DNA of 64,000 bases from Candidatus Marinacidobacterales bacterium (GTDB lineage: Bacteria; Acidobacteriota; Vicinamibacteria; Marinacidobacterales; SMYC01), in NCBI GenBank assembly GCA_965237955.1, contig OZ250169.1, positions 3,936,001 through 4,000,000 on the forward strand. Direction: 5' to 3'. Positions 10,090 to 20,952 of the stretch are shown here, piece after piece. The position numbers were made by a program, and so were the translations under genes. Positions within the stretch are counted from its first letter, which is position 1. The number at the start of each line of letters is the position of its first letter. The notes beneath the pieces were generated by a model, which did no database searches, had not been told where the DNA came from, and saw only the letters and a program-made list of their open reading frames with translations.

Positions 10090-11561
10090 GCTGGGACGGC
10101 AAGAACCCGCATCGCATCGACGCCGAGCTGCCGTCGGGCGCCCTCGTTTCCGGAACCAATACGGCCACGATCGAAAATGTCGGTGACACCGACGCCGCGT
10201 TCTCGGCGTTTTTCCTCGATCGGTTCGAGCTCGCGTATCCACGACTCCTCGCCGCCGAGGTTGGTCAATTCGAAGGTGCCTTCCGAACCGCCGGTACCGC
10301 CACCGTCGCGGGATTGGATGCGAGCGCGCGTGTCGTCGACGTGACCGACTCCAACGCGCCGGTGTGGCTCAGGAACCTGAGCCAGAGTGCGGCAGGTGAG
10401 CTGGCGTTCCGCGTCGAGTCGCACGGTGATTATTTGGCTGCCTCGCCGGAGTCGATTCAAAACCCGACCGTAAGGCGAGCGGCGCGCGCCCTGCTCAAGA
10501 GAGCTCGGCGCGGTGCGGACTACCTACTCATTGGACCGCAAGCGTTTCTCGAAACGGCCGGGCCTCTCGCTGGGCTGCGACGTCGCCAAGGTCTTCGAGT
10601 CAAATTGGTTTCCTTCGAACAGATTCGAGACGAGTTCGGCTACGGTGAGCCGAGACCCGAGGCAATTCGGGATTTTCTCGAGTTCGCGTATCACGAATGG
10701 CGTGCACCGCGACCCCGCTACGTCGTGTTACTTGGCGACGGTACTTACGATTACAAAGACTGGATGGGGATGGGCGTGGCCAACCAGATACCGCCGCTCA
10801 TGGTCGAAACGTCGTTCCTGTGGACGGCGTCGGACCCTACCCTCGCGATGATCGACGGCGACGACATGCTCCCCGATGTCGCCATCGGTCGTTTGCCGGC
10901 AAAGAATGTCGACGAGCTTCGGTTGATGGTGGCGAAGATCCTCGCCTTCGAGAACGGCGACGCGAGCTTCCAAACGAATCCTTTGGTGCTGGTTGCCGAC
11001 AATCCCGACCGGGCCGGTGACTTCGTCGCCAATGCCGATGAGATCGCCGCGTCGGTGCTTCCGAGCGAGCGCGTCGAGAAGGTTTATCTGAGTGAGCTTG
11101 GTACGACGGCGACGCGTGCCGAGATCGTTCGATCCTTCGACGAAGGCGCGTCTCTCGTGAGCTACATTGGCCACGGCGGCATCCACGTGTGGGCCAACGA
11201 GAACATCTTCAATACCGCCGACGTCGAAACGCTGGCGAAGCAATCCCAACAACCCTTCTTCGTCACCATGAACTGCTTGAACGGTTTCTTCCACTTTCCG
11301 TTTTTCGACTCGCTCGCCGAAGGGCTGTTGAAGGCCGAGGGCCGGGGAGCCATCGCCGCGTTCTCGCCAACGGGGCTGAGCCTGAATACACCGGCGCACC
11401 GGTTCCACAAGGCGTTGTTAGCGGCTCTCGTCAATCAGCAGCACGAGCGTTTGGGCGATGCCGTGCTCGCAGCGCAGCAGTCCTACGCCGAGTCAGGAGC
11501 TTTCCCAGAGCTTCTCGCCATCTACCATTTCCTCGGGGATCCGGCCCTCCGCTTGAAATAA
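10090..11561 (+). pseudogene. C25 (gingipain-like) peptidase, N-terminally truncated
   Basis: YVVLLGDG, DVAIGRLPA, YIGHG, MNCLNG, YHFLGDPAL; no credible start. Confidence 0.78.
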
Positions 11562-11735
11562 TCCGACGCGTTTCGATGGACTCGCGGCGGAGCTCGCCCG
11601 TCTAACGGTGCGGTAATTACATCGTTTACAAACTTCTTGCACCGTCTTAAAGACTTCGCGCTCGCAGGCTGCCACTATGCCCACGAACACTCGCCACAAC
11701 CAGATTGGAGATCATTCGTGAAATAGAAATCGAGC

Positions 11736-12269
11736 TTGAAACCGTGGTTCGTGGGTATCGTCGCTCTCGCCGCTATATCTTTGTCGTTCGGATGTGGAGA
11801 CACCGCCACGTCGAGCGACACCACTGACACTTCCTTCGTCCCGAGCACCGCCGATCCGAGCACGACACTCGGCGTCCAAGCATCGGCGTCGAGCTTTGGC
11901 GAAGGACCGCCGGGCAGACGCCGCGGTGAGGGGCCACCCGAGGAAGCGCTTGCGGCGTGCGCCGACACGATGGTGGGCGAACTGTGCTCGTTCACTGGCC
12001 GGGAAGGCGACAGCCTCAGCGGAACGTGCACCGCAATGCCCGACGATTCCAGCCAGGTGGTGTGCCGCCCGGACGATTGGCCCGGACGCGACCGGCGCGA
12101 TCGACGGGGGCCGCCGGAAGAAGCGCTAGCAGCCTGTGCTGCGCCCAGCTTCGGTGAGGGCGACGAGTGCTTCTTCGAAGCGCCCTTTGGCTCGGTTTCC
12201 GGTTCGTGTCGAACTTCCCGTAACGGCGACGCGCTCGTCTGTTTTCCGTCGGATTGGCCGACGCGATAG
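11736..12269 (+). CDS. Lipoprotein with two Cys-rich GPPEEALAAC repeats
   Basis: Lipobox SFGC; two 4-Cys repeats ending CxPxDWP. Confidence 0.7.
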   Translation: MKPWFVGIVALAAISLSFGCGDTATSSDTTDTSFVPSTADPSTTLGVQASASSFGEGPPGRRRGEGPPEEALAACADTMVGELCSFTGREGDSLSGTCTAMPDDSSQVVCRPDDWPGRDRRDRRGPPEEALAACAAPSFGEGDECFFEAPFGSVSGSCRTSRNGDALVCFPSDWPTR

Positions 12270-12416
12270 CAAACGTCGCTTCCCGTCTCCCAAATAGGTC
12301 GACTCGGCCTATTTGGGAGACATCGGGAGGCGCCAGGAGGTGAAAGACGCGGGTTCTCGGTGGCCTCGGTTTTGCATTTGCAGTAAGGTTCCGATCTGAA
12401 GAGATCGGCGTCGGCC

Positions 12417-13607
12417 ATGACTACTTCCAGAACCTGCATCGCGCTGACCGCATTGCTTTTCGTCTCTGCTCACGCGTGGGCCGCCAAGAAACCCGTCGAT
12501 TTGGTACGTGCGGCCGTGGCTCCGGCCGAAGCGAGGTTGCTGGACATCCAGATTGCGGTCTTCGATCACGCGGACGACTTTTTCCCCGAGGTGAGACGAG
12601 CCGAAGCCCGTTACATTCCCGTGCACCTGAAGCAGACCCTTCAGACTGCCGGCTTTTGGGGAACCGTCCGGGTCGTCCCGGACATCCCGGCCGTCCCGGA
12701 AAGGGGAGAGGTCGACCTCAAGGTATCGGGAGCGGTGCGCGTATCGCATGGAGGTGAGCTGAAGCTCGAGGTCCGCGCCATCGACGCGACCGGCAAGGTG
12801 TGGCTCGACAAGGATTACAAGGCCAAACCCGACGCCAGCGTGTACCTGGACAAGGAATCCGAAGACGACCCCTTCCAGGAGATCTACCACCGGATCGCGA
12901 ACGACCTTTCGAAGAAGCACAAGAAACTGAAGGCCAAGGACGTTGAACGGATCCGCACGGTGTCGCGGCTTAGATTCGCGGCGAACTTGGCACCGGACGC
13001 TTTCGTGGACTATCTCGTCGTGAAGAAGAATCGCGTCGATATCGCGCGGTTACCGTCGCGAGACGACCCGATGATGGAACGCGTGACGCTTGTCCATGAC
13101 CGCAACGGGATGTTCATCGATACCGTCGACTCCTACTACGTGAGCCTTTTCGAGAAGATGCGGGAGTCCTACCGTGGTTGGCGCTCGCAGGACTATTGGC
13201 AGCGCGAGGCGCGGAAAAACGGCCCGCCCACGGCGACCGGCTCCGGTGGTCGTAACGCCCCATGGGGCGTCCTCATTGCCGGTAACGGCGGGACAGGCGG
13301 AACTGGGCCGGGTCAAGGCCTGATCTGTGGAACGCCGCGTCTGTTCGGCAACGGCTCGACGAAAGAAGACGAGAGGCGATGGGAAGAAGAGCGGCGACGA
13401 ACGCACCTCGACGTGCTCAGGGAGCTCGGCGAGTCTTTGGCTGCGGACGTCGCTCCCCTTGTCGTCGAAGTGGAAGGCAACGTGACCCAACTCACCGGCT
13501 CGGTCGAAGTGCAGTACGCCAAGTGGCGCACCTTGCTGAGAGAAATCTTCGCCGCCGAGACCGGCCTTGCCGTTTTGTCATCGGCAAAAAAAACCAGCAG
13601 GAATTAG
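12417..13607 (+). CDS. Secreted hypothetical protein
   Basis: Signal peptide (AHAWA), 396-aa ORF with typical codon usage. Confidence 0.7.
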   Translation: MTTSRTCIALTALLFVSAHAWAAKKPVDLVRAAVAPAEARLLDIQIAVFDHADDFFPEVRRAEARYIPVHLKQTLQTAGFWGTVRVVPDIPAVPERGEVDLKVSGAVRVSHGGELKLEVRAIDATGKVWLDKDYKAKPDASVYLDKESEDDPFQEIYHRIANDLSKKHKKLKAKDVERIRTVSRLRFAANLAPDAFVDYLVVKKNRVDIARLPSRDDPMMERVTLVHDRNGMFIDTVDSYYVSLFEKMRESYRGWRSQDYWQREARKNGPPTATGSGGRNAPWGVLIAGNGGTGGTGPGQGLICGTPRLFGNGSTKEDERRWEEERRRTHLDVLRELGESLAADVAPLVVEVEGNVTQLTGSVEVQYAKWRTLLREIFAAETGLAVLSSAKKTSRN

Positions 13608-13812
13608 CCTCTCCCCGATCCTCAACCTTGCGCGTTGTCTCCAGAATGTCGTGGTGGTTACCACGGCTGTCTACATTATCTATAAGGGGTACTAAGTGGC
13701 TTTGGGTTGTCGACAAAGGCTGCCGGGCGGCTGTTCTGAGCCAGGTCTTTGTGAAAGGTCTCAATATGCACAAGAAGCCGATCTGCTACGGTTTGATTGT
13801 CGCTTAACACAT

Positions 13813-14690
13813 TTAGTGGTAGAAGAAGACTTTGTGAGGACTTCTGCCTTTTCCGGACAATACGGGCCAGATGTCCTTGCCGTCGATCACTCGATCGCTC
13901 GGAAATTTCGCACCCGCCAGCTTTGCGACGGTGGGCAGCAGATCCATGGCAGTCACCAGCTCATCGCTCACGGTGCCGGCAGGAACCCGGCCAGGCCAGC
14001 GGACAACCGTCGGTTCACGCATCCCGCCCTCGAATGTGCTGCCCTTGCGGCCCTTCAACGGTTTGGCACTTCCTATCGCCGGGCCGTTGTCCGAAGTGAA
14101 GATCACGAGAGTGTTGCCATCGAGTCCTTGCTGTTTCAACGTGCCGAGAATTTGACCGACCGACCAGTCAATTTCGTTGATCGCCTGTCGGAAGAGTTTG
14201 TCGCGGGCCGCGTAATTGACGGGAATCGGATGAGGGATGTACAGGAAGAACGGGTGCTCTTTGTTCTTCTCGATAAATCGTACTGCGCGCTGCGTGATGC
14301 GTTTGGTCAGAGAGTCAGCGTCGGGATCCATTTCGATCACCTTCTCGCCGTCCAACAGTGGCAACGGCGGGAACGTGAATCGACTCTGATTCGGATGAAA
14401 CGGATGAATGTCGTGGCTGTAGGGAATGCCGAAATATTCGTCGAACCCCTGTCGGGTCGGGAGGAACTCGGGCTGGTCACCAAGATGCCACTTGAGTCCC
14501 TTTCTGTCCCCCGCAAGCAACACTGCGAAGTTGGAGCCCGTCGCCATATCGATTCGTTTGGGATAGCAACCGGTCATCAAGGCTGCGCGAGAGGGCGTAC
14601 AGACTGGCGCCGCCACATAGAAACTGGTCAGTTTCATCCCTTCCTCGGCCATGCGGTCGATGGGGGTGTACTCACATATCAGCGATGTTA
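13813..14690 (-). pseudogene. Arylsulfatase-like sulfatase, truncated with internal deletions
   Basis: CTPSRAALMTG formylglycine motif, KWHLG, FTSDNG, EGGMREP; both ends missing. Confidence 0.78.
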
Positions 14691-14711
14691 AAACTTCAGG
14701 ATAGAATATTG

Positions 14712-14750
14712 GCCTCTCCTGCTATTTCAGTGGACCCCGTCGAGCTCAGG
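14712..14750 (-). mobile_element. Solitary ISL3-type right-end remnant
   Basis: GCCTCTCCTGCTATTTCAGTGGA nearly equals the reverse complement of the ISL3 right end at 16792-16814. Confidence 0.6.
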
Positions 14751-14834
14751 ATCTGCACAACTTGGTGGCAAGCACGAGTAGCAAGAAGGTGGAAGAGGAG
14801 TTAGAGTCTCAACAGTAAGATGAGAGGACCTGCA

Positions 14835-15095
14835 ATGATCAAAACGAAACGAAATCGTATCGGAAACGTTGCTTTGCTAACAGGCATCCTGACTTGCCTG
14901 ATTTGCTGGCAGAACAGCTATCTTTTAGCTCAGCAGAAGGTGGAGGAAGAGACCTCTGATAAGCCCGTTGAATTGAGAGCGCCATCGGTGACCGAGCAGA
15001 CCATTACAGTGGATGGGAAATCCATAAACTACACGGCCACCGTAGGCTACATGATTCAAACGGATGCAGATGGCAAGACCATTGGTTACTTTTTT
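14835..15095 (+). pseudogene. S10 serine carboxypeptidase, N-terminal part (interrupted by ISL3)
   Basis: Signal peptide + ITVDGKSINYTATVG; rejoins FFYTAYT at 16815. Confidence 0.8.
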
Positions 15096-16814
15096 GGTTC
15101 TCCTGTCGTTTCGGGGGATCTGATTTGTGTTGGAGGGCATGGCCTATGGACGCTGCCGCGATTGTGGAAAACGCCGGAAACTCCGGGCGAGAGAGGCGTT
15201 TAGGGAAAGGTTGTGAGCACGTACAAACGTGGAGCGGCGTTTTCCACAATCGCTTGGAAAACGCTTCGCGTTTCCCACGAGCGCCCACAGGCCCCTCCTG
15301 ATATATATACAAGAAAGATTAATTCATATGGGATAAGGAAGGGGGGGCTCGATTAGTGGAGGCTATGGAAAACGCCCTTCCAGGCTTCGAAGAGAACTCA
15401 GTCGTGAGCAAGGTCTGAACGACCAGAACCGTGGGGGCGTTTCCCACAGCCTTGTCTCCCGCTGAGGGGCAGTGGCATTTGGTGAGGCCCGTGGGTTGAG
15501 AGGGTAAGCCATGTGTAGATGCGCATCGGCGAGAACGCTAGAATCTTTTTTTCCGAAAGAGAAAAGAGCGTTCCCGCGATGCGCGTTACTACGTTAGTCA
15601 ACAAGCTCATCGGATTGCAAGGCCTGTGGGTCCGAGGTTTCCACTTCCAGGCGGACAAAGCCAGAGTGGTGGTGGATGTAGTACCACGGAGGAGGAAGCC
15701 TCTGTGCGGGATTTGCGGACGAAAGGTCCGCAAGAACAAAGATCGCTACAATCGCTACTGGCGGCACTTGGACCTGTTCGGAGTCCGGACCTATCTTCGC
15801 TACTCGATCCGACGAGTGGTATGTCGGCGGTGTGGAGTGGTCAGAGAAAAGGTGCCTTGGGCCGACAAGGGAAGCCGCTTTACCAAAAGCTTCGAACAAG
15901 AGGTAGCGTGGCTGGCACAGAGGACGGACGTCAGCGCCGTAGCGAACTATTTCCGAGTGACGTGGCGTTCGGTGCGACGGATCATCCAGCGAGTGGTTGC
16001 CGAGCAGCGGGATGAGCGGCGCGAGCTCGATGGATTGCGGGTGATTGGGATGGACGAGATCAGCTACCGCAAACGCCACAAGTACTTAACAGTGGTAATA
16101 GACCATCTCAGCGGCCGGGTCGTCTGGGCGGGAAAGGAGCGCAAGGCCAAGACGCTGCTGCGGTTTTTCCGCAAGCTCGGACCACAAAGAGCCGCGGAGC
16201 TCGAAGCGGTCAGCATGGACATGTGGGAGCCGTACATAACTGTCGTCGGCAAAAAGGCTCCTCAGGCACGGGTGATCTTTGACCGCTTCCACATCGTCAA
16301 GCATCTGAACGAGGCCGTGGATAAGACCCGGCGCGAGCTGGTGCGCGAGCTCAAAGGGACTGCCCGGCGCAACCTCAAGAACACCAAGTTTCCCCTTCTC
16401 AAGGCCAAACACAACCGCAGCGCGAAAGACAAACGGGTGCTCCGCGAGCAGGTGCGAGCTAATCGTCGCCTCTACCGCGCCATGCTTCTGCGCGACGACT
16501 TCATGGACCTCTACACCTACAAAACCGAGACATGGGCCAAGAAGTTTCTCCGAGGATGGCTGCGGCGCGCTATGAGCTCGAGGATAGAGCCCGTCAAACG
16601 CGCGGCGAAGATGATCCGCAGCCACTTCGATGGCGTCATCGCGTGGGTCACGTGGAGACTCAGCAACGGCCGACTCGAAGGAATGAACAACAAAATCCGG
16701 CTGCTGAGCCACCGCAGCTTTGGACTCCACTCTGCCGAAGCTCTCATCAGTCTCGTCTACCTAAACTGTGGCGGTCTCACCCTCGAGAGGATCCACTGAA
16801 ATGGCAGGAGAGGC
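15096..16814 (+). mobile_element. ISL3-family insertion sequence
   Basis: Imperfect IRs GGTTCTCCTGTCGTTTC / GAAATGGCAGGAGAGGC; 8-bp direct repeat ACTTTTTT (15088-15095, 16815-16822). Confidence 0.88.
15579..16799 (+). CDS. ISL3 transposase
   Basis: CGICG and CRRCG zinc finger, IGMDEISYRKRHKY, SMDMW, DRFHIVK, SNGRLEGMNNKI. Confidence 0.92.
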   Translation: MRVTTLVNKLIGLQGLWVRGFHFQADKARVVVDVVPRRRKPLCGICGRKVRKNKDRYNRYWRHLDLFGVRTYLRYSIRRVVCRRCGVVREKVPWADKGSRFTKSFEQEVAWLAQRTDVSAVANYFRVTWRSVRRIIQRVVAEQRDERRELDGLRVIGMDEISYRKRHKYLTVVIDHLSGRVVWAGKERKAKTLLRFFRKLGPQRAAELEAVSMDMWEPYITVVGKKAPQARVIFDRFHIVKHLNEAVDKTRRELVRELKGTARRNLKNTKFPLLKAKHNRSAKDKRVLREQVRANRRLYRAMLLRDDFMDLYTYKTETWAKKFLRGWLRRAMSSRIEPVKRAAKMIRSHFDGVIAWVTWRLSNGRLEGMNNKIRLLSHRSFGLHSAEALISLVYLNCGGLTLERIH

Positions 16815-18107
16815 ACTTTTTTTACACTGCATACACCAAGCAAGGTGAAGATTCCGTTTCTCGTCCGTTGACTTTCTGCTTCAACGGCGGACCGGGAACC
16901 TCTTCGATCTACCTCCACATGCTGACCATCGGGCCCCAAAGGCCGTGCTTCTGAAGACGGCAATACTGCGGCACCGCCACCCCGTCTGGTGGACAATGTG
17001 GATACATGGCTTGGCTTCACCGATCTGGTGTTCATCGATCCCATAGGCACAGGGTTCAGTTTTCCCCATCCGGGAGCGGACACCAAGCAATTCTTCGGTA
17101 CTGCAGCGGATGCCGAGTCCGTTGGCGATTTCATTCGCATGTACATCACCGAGAACGCTCGCTGGCTGTCGCCGATTTTCGTGGCCGGTGAGAGTTATGG
17201 TGGCATTCGCGGGGTCCTGCTTGCGGAAGAGTTACAGAACAGTCGTCGCATCAAATTGAATGTCAACGGTCTCATCTTTATCGCGCCCGCTTACGATTTT
17301 CAGAGTCTGGGAACGAGCAGGCACAATCCCATGTACCTCTCACAGTATGTTTCGACGTACGCGACGACCGCCTGGTACCACAAGAAGCTGGACGACGACT
17401 TGCAGGCGGATTTCGACCAACTGGTCAAGGAAGTGACGACATGGGCCAGCGAAAATTATCTGGTGGCGCTTGTCAAAGGCGACAAGCTCGAGGAGTCCAA
17501 GAAGAAAGAGATCGCCGGCCAGATGGCCCGCTACACGGGACTGTCCGAAGATTACATTCTGCAGAAGAACCTTCGAATCACTTCCCCGGAATTCAGAGAA
17601 GAACTTCTGCGCGACAAAGGCATGAGTCTGCACCGGACGGATGCTCGATTCGAACTCGGAGCCTATGATTTGGCGAGGACTCTATCGCCAGTGTTGAACC
17701 ACTACGTCAGGGCCGTCCTCGGGTACGACACGATCAAACCGTACCTCGTCAGCGGTAATGTTCAACCATGGGCATGGGGCGGAAAACCTTCTCCGTTCTC
17801 GGTCGTGCCCAACCTGAGTGAAGCAATGAAGAACAACAGGAATATGAAGGTCTTCGTCGCTGCGGGATACTACGACCATGCCTGTCCCTTCGCGACCATC
17901 GACTATGCGCTCGATCAACTGCTCCTTACCCCTGAGTTGCAACGAAACATCAGTCGTCGCTACTACCAAGCCGGCCACATGGTCTATACACCTCAGTTCG
18001 AGTTGACGAGATTCACCGAAGACGTGAAGGAATTCATCGTGGATGCTGCAACGCCCGGCGCACACGCAGCACCTACGACGGCCAGCGTGGTCCGACATCG
18101 AGACTGA
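16815..18107 (+). pseudogene. S10 serine carboxypeptidase, C-terminal part (additional frameshift at ~16940)
   Basis: FNGGPG, DLVFIDPIGTGFS, GESYGG, GYYD, AGHMVY. Confidence 0.85.
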
Positions 18108-18156
18108 CCGTACTAGCTCTTTCGGCGGCGGAGGTAAGCGCTCGCACCCGCGGCGG

Positions 18157-18470
18157 TCAGGACGCACAGGGGGCGAAGAGCGCTCCGGGCAGTGCCGTTT
18201 GGGGGCTGAAGTGCTCGAGAGCTAGAGCCACGCCCAGGCCGGCGTTTTGCATGCCAATCTCGATGGCGAGCGTCAGCTGGTGTCGCCGGTCGAATCGGTA
18301 GAGCTTTGCAAGGTGCCAGCCCACGGTGTATCCCAAGGCGTTCACGACCACGACCAGGGAAGACCGACGGGCCCACCGTGGCAATACGGGGCTGGTTTGC
18401 GGCAACGGCGTAGGAGCAGAGGACAATGATGGCCACTGCGGCAACGGCCGGGCATATGCGCTCGGCCGTT
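18157..18470 (-). pseudogene. Bile acid:sodium symporter family, C-terminal fragment
   Basis: TLAIEIGMQNAGLGVALA motif, frameshifted and truncated. Confidence 0.7.
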
Positions 18471-18603
18471 CGGGTATGTCGCCCCCGTCTCTATGGAGAT
18501 GCCTACCAACATGCGCTATAACCCTCGGAGTGTAACCGTGTCGCTGTTTCGTGGGCAACGGGTTGGCACGAGATTTGTATCAGGCATATGCGAGGAGGTT
18601 TGT

Positions 18604-18927
18604 ATGAGACATTCCAGCGCACGGAAGCAGTTGACGGCTCGCCTCGAGCAGCTTCTCCCACAGATTGGGAAGATCGAGGCGCATTTGGCAAATCCTCTCG
18701 AAAAAGACTCTCAAGAGCGCTCCTTACAGCTTGAAAACGACGAGGTGCTCGGCGCTCTCGACGAGGCGGGGCGCCGGGAGCTCCTTCAAATTCGCGGCGC
18801 ACTGCAGCGGCTGGACGATGGAACGTACGGCACTTGCGGTCGATGCGGTGAGTCCATCTCCACCGCGCGATTGAAAGCACTTCCATCGGCCGAGCATTGC
18901 ATCCAATGTGCTGAGGCAGAGTCCTGA
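18604..18927 (+). CDS. TraR/DksA-family C4 zinc-finger protein
   Basis: ALQRLDDGTYGTCGRCGESI...RLKALP...CIQC; GAGGAGG RBS. Confidence 0.88.
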   Translation: MRHSSARKQLTARLEQLLPQIGKIEAHLANPLEKDSQERSLQLENDEVLGALDEAGRRELLQIRGALQRLDDGTYGTCGRCGESISTARLKALPSAEHCIQCAEAES

Positions 18928-19134
18928 GCTTCCAGCTATTGCTGTTGCGAGCGTATTGTTTCGTAGCGGTCATGCAGAAACGTCACGAGATCGAGAAGTT
19001 GCTGGACGACTCCTATTCCAAAGAACGTGCCAGGCGGACGGGTGGCAGCGAAGGCACTGCAGGTCGAAGGGACCGGGGTTGTGCTGATCGAGATCTCTAG
19101 GCGCGGAGCCTCGTTGACGCTATTGGGTGACTGC

Positions 19135-20952
19135 CTAACAGCTCACGCAGTTGTTGTTGTTCGTCGCGCCGAGGCCGACCAAGAGCGCAATCGTCTCCGG
19201 GAACGGTTGCACGCGTTGAACGGGGCCGTTGGCCATGTCGGCGGTCGTCTGCCCGTTCCGGGCCACAGCCGTGGGATCGGCGCCTTTCGATACCAAGTAC
19301 TCGATGAGCTCGTTGTCGCCACGAGCGGCTGCGTGGTGGATAGGGTTGTAGCCTTTGTAGTCCCTTGCGTTGACGTCGGCGCCGAGCTCTTCCACGAGGA
19401 ATTTGACCGCGGGGAGCCATCCGTCGGGGACGTGACGGTGGGAGTTTCCGGCATAGCCTTGACCGTGGCCGACGCCCGAGGCTGCATGGATCGGATAAAC
19501 GGCCGGCTCGCCGATGGGAACGGGCGGTAGACCGGAGGTGTCGATATCCTCGGCCTGTTCGGGCCGTCGCTGTTCAGGCACGTTGATGGTAGGGAGATTT
19601 CGATCGGCGCCGTAGGCGAGAAGAAGGCGCATGGCGTCGATGTCGAGCGCATGGGCCGCGCGCCAGAAAGGTGTCGCGCCCGCCCGGTTCACACCCAGGA
19701 GGTCACGATTGTAGGTCGTGTACCAAAGCGTTTTCTCGAGCCGCGGGTTCGGTTCGACTCCAGCTTTCAGGAGCGTCTCCATGACTTCCAGGTACGAAGT
19801 TTCCTGTTGCTGATACGCGACCGGTTGAGGATGTCGCGCTTTCGGTGCCCAATGCATGTTCAGGGCGGCATAGAGCGGCGTTGCTCCGGCGGCGCTCGCC
19901 ACGGTCGGATCCGCCCCGCGCTCGAACAAAAGCATGGCCAAGTCGAAGTGACCGTTGATCATCGCGATGAGCATCGGGCTGGTGTTGTCCGCCGCGCTCA
20001 CTTGGTTGATGTCCGCGCCACCCTGGGACGATATCAGTGCCAGTGCCGCCTCGGTGTGGCCTTCTCGGGCGGCCAGCAGAAGAGGTGTCAGACCACCGTG
20101 CGTCGCGACGAGGTCGGCGTAGTTCAGAGGTACGGGCTCGCCTCCGCGCCGGAGCGCCTCGTCACGGTCCTCCGGTTCTTCCTGGGTTGGCTGGGTTGGC
20201 TGGGTTGGTTTCGCAGGCTCGCTCGACTGCTTCTCGGGCTCGGGCTCTCGTTGCGAGGCCTTCTCCGCCGCCCGAAGTCGAGCGACGCGCCGAGCGATGC
20301 GCTTCGTCCGCTCCCGACGCTCCAGTGCATCTTCTTTATCGCGCGTGACGATGTCGACCACCTTCGCGCTCATCGAGGGGTCCGCGCCGTTTTCGAGCAG
20401 CACGGCGATGACCTCGGCGCGACCCGATGCGGCTGCGAACATCAACGGCGTTTGTCCCCACTGAGGCTCTCGAGAATCCGCCTCGGCGTCATGTTCCAGC
20501 AACGCGATCACCGCCTCGGCACTTCCCGAGGCAGCCGCGAAGTGAAGCGGTGTGGCTCCCGCGGTCGTCGTTGCGGTCGCATCGCTCCCGGCCTCGAGAA
20601 GAATCTCGACCACCGGCCCTCGTCCCGCTTTGGCAGCGACGTGAAGCGGCGTGTGCGCGCCGATGCGCGTCGTCGCTTCGAAGTCCGCTCCCCCGGCAAT
20701 GAGAAGCTCCGCCATCTCCGTGTTGCCGGCACTAGCCGCCCAATGAAGGCCGGTCATGCCATCGCCGAACGCGGTATCCACATCCGCGGATCGCGCGAGC
20801 AACGTACGGACCTTTTCGAGGTCTCCTTGTTTCGCCGCGTCCGCCACGGATTCCGGCGCGGCCACGATCGAGGCCGTCCCCGCGTAAAACAGTGCCGCCA
20901 GGGACAAGAACAAGGGGCGGCTCGCGGGCTTTCGCATGACTCGCTCCTTCAC
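19135..20952 (-). CDS. Secreted ankyrin-repeat protein
   Basis: Many GxTPLHxAA repeats, signal peptide, C-terminal CVSC. Confidence 0.9.
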   Translation of the reverse strand: MKERVMRKPASRPLFLSLAALFYAGTASIVAAPESVADAAKQGDLEKVRTLLARSADVDTAFGDGMTGLHWAASAGNTEMAELLIAGGADFEATTRIGAHTPLHVAAKAGRGPVVEILLEAGSDATATTTAGATPLHFAAASGSAEAVIALLEHDAEADSREPQWGQTPLMFAAASGRAEVIAVLLENGADPSMSAKVVDIVTRDKEDALERRERTKRIARRVARLRAAEKASQREPEPEKQSSEPAKPTQPTQPTQEEPEDRDEALRRGGEPVPLNYADLVATHGGLTPLLLAAREGHTEAALALISSQGGADINQVSAADNTSPMLIAMINGHFDLAMLLFERGADPTVASAAGATPLYAALNMHWAPKARHPQPVAYQQQETSYLEVMETLLKAGVEPNPRLEKTLWYTTYNRDLLGVNRAGATPFWRAAHALDIDAMRLLLAYGADRNLPTINVPEQRRPEQAEDIDTSGLPPVPIGEPAVYPIHAASGVGHGQGYAGNSHRHVPDGWLPAVKFLVEELGADVNARDYKGYNPIHHAAARGDNELIEYLVSKGADPTAVARNGQTTADMANGPVQRVQPFPETIALLVGLGATNNNNCVSC

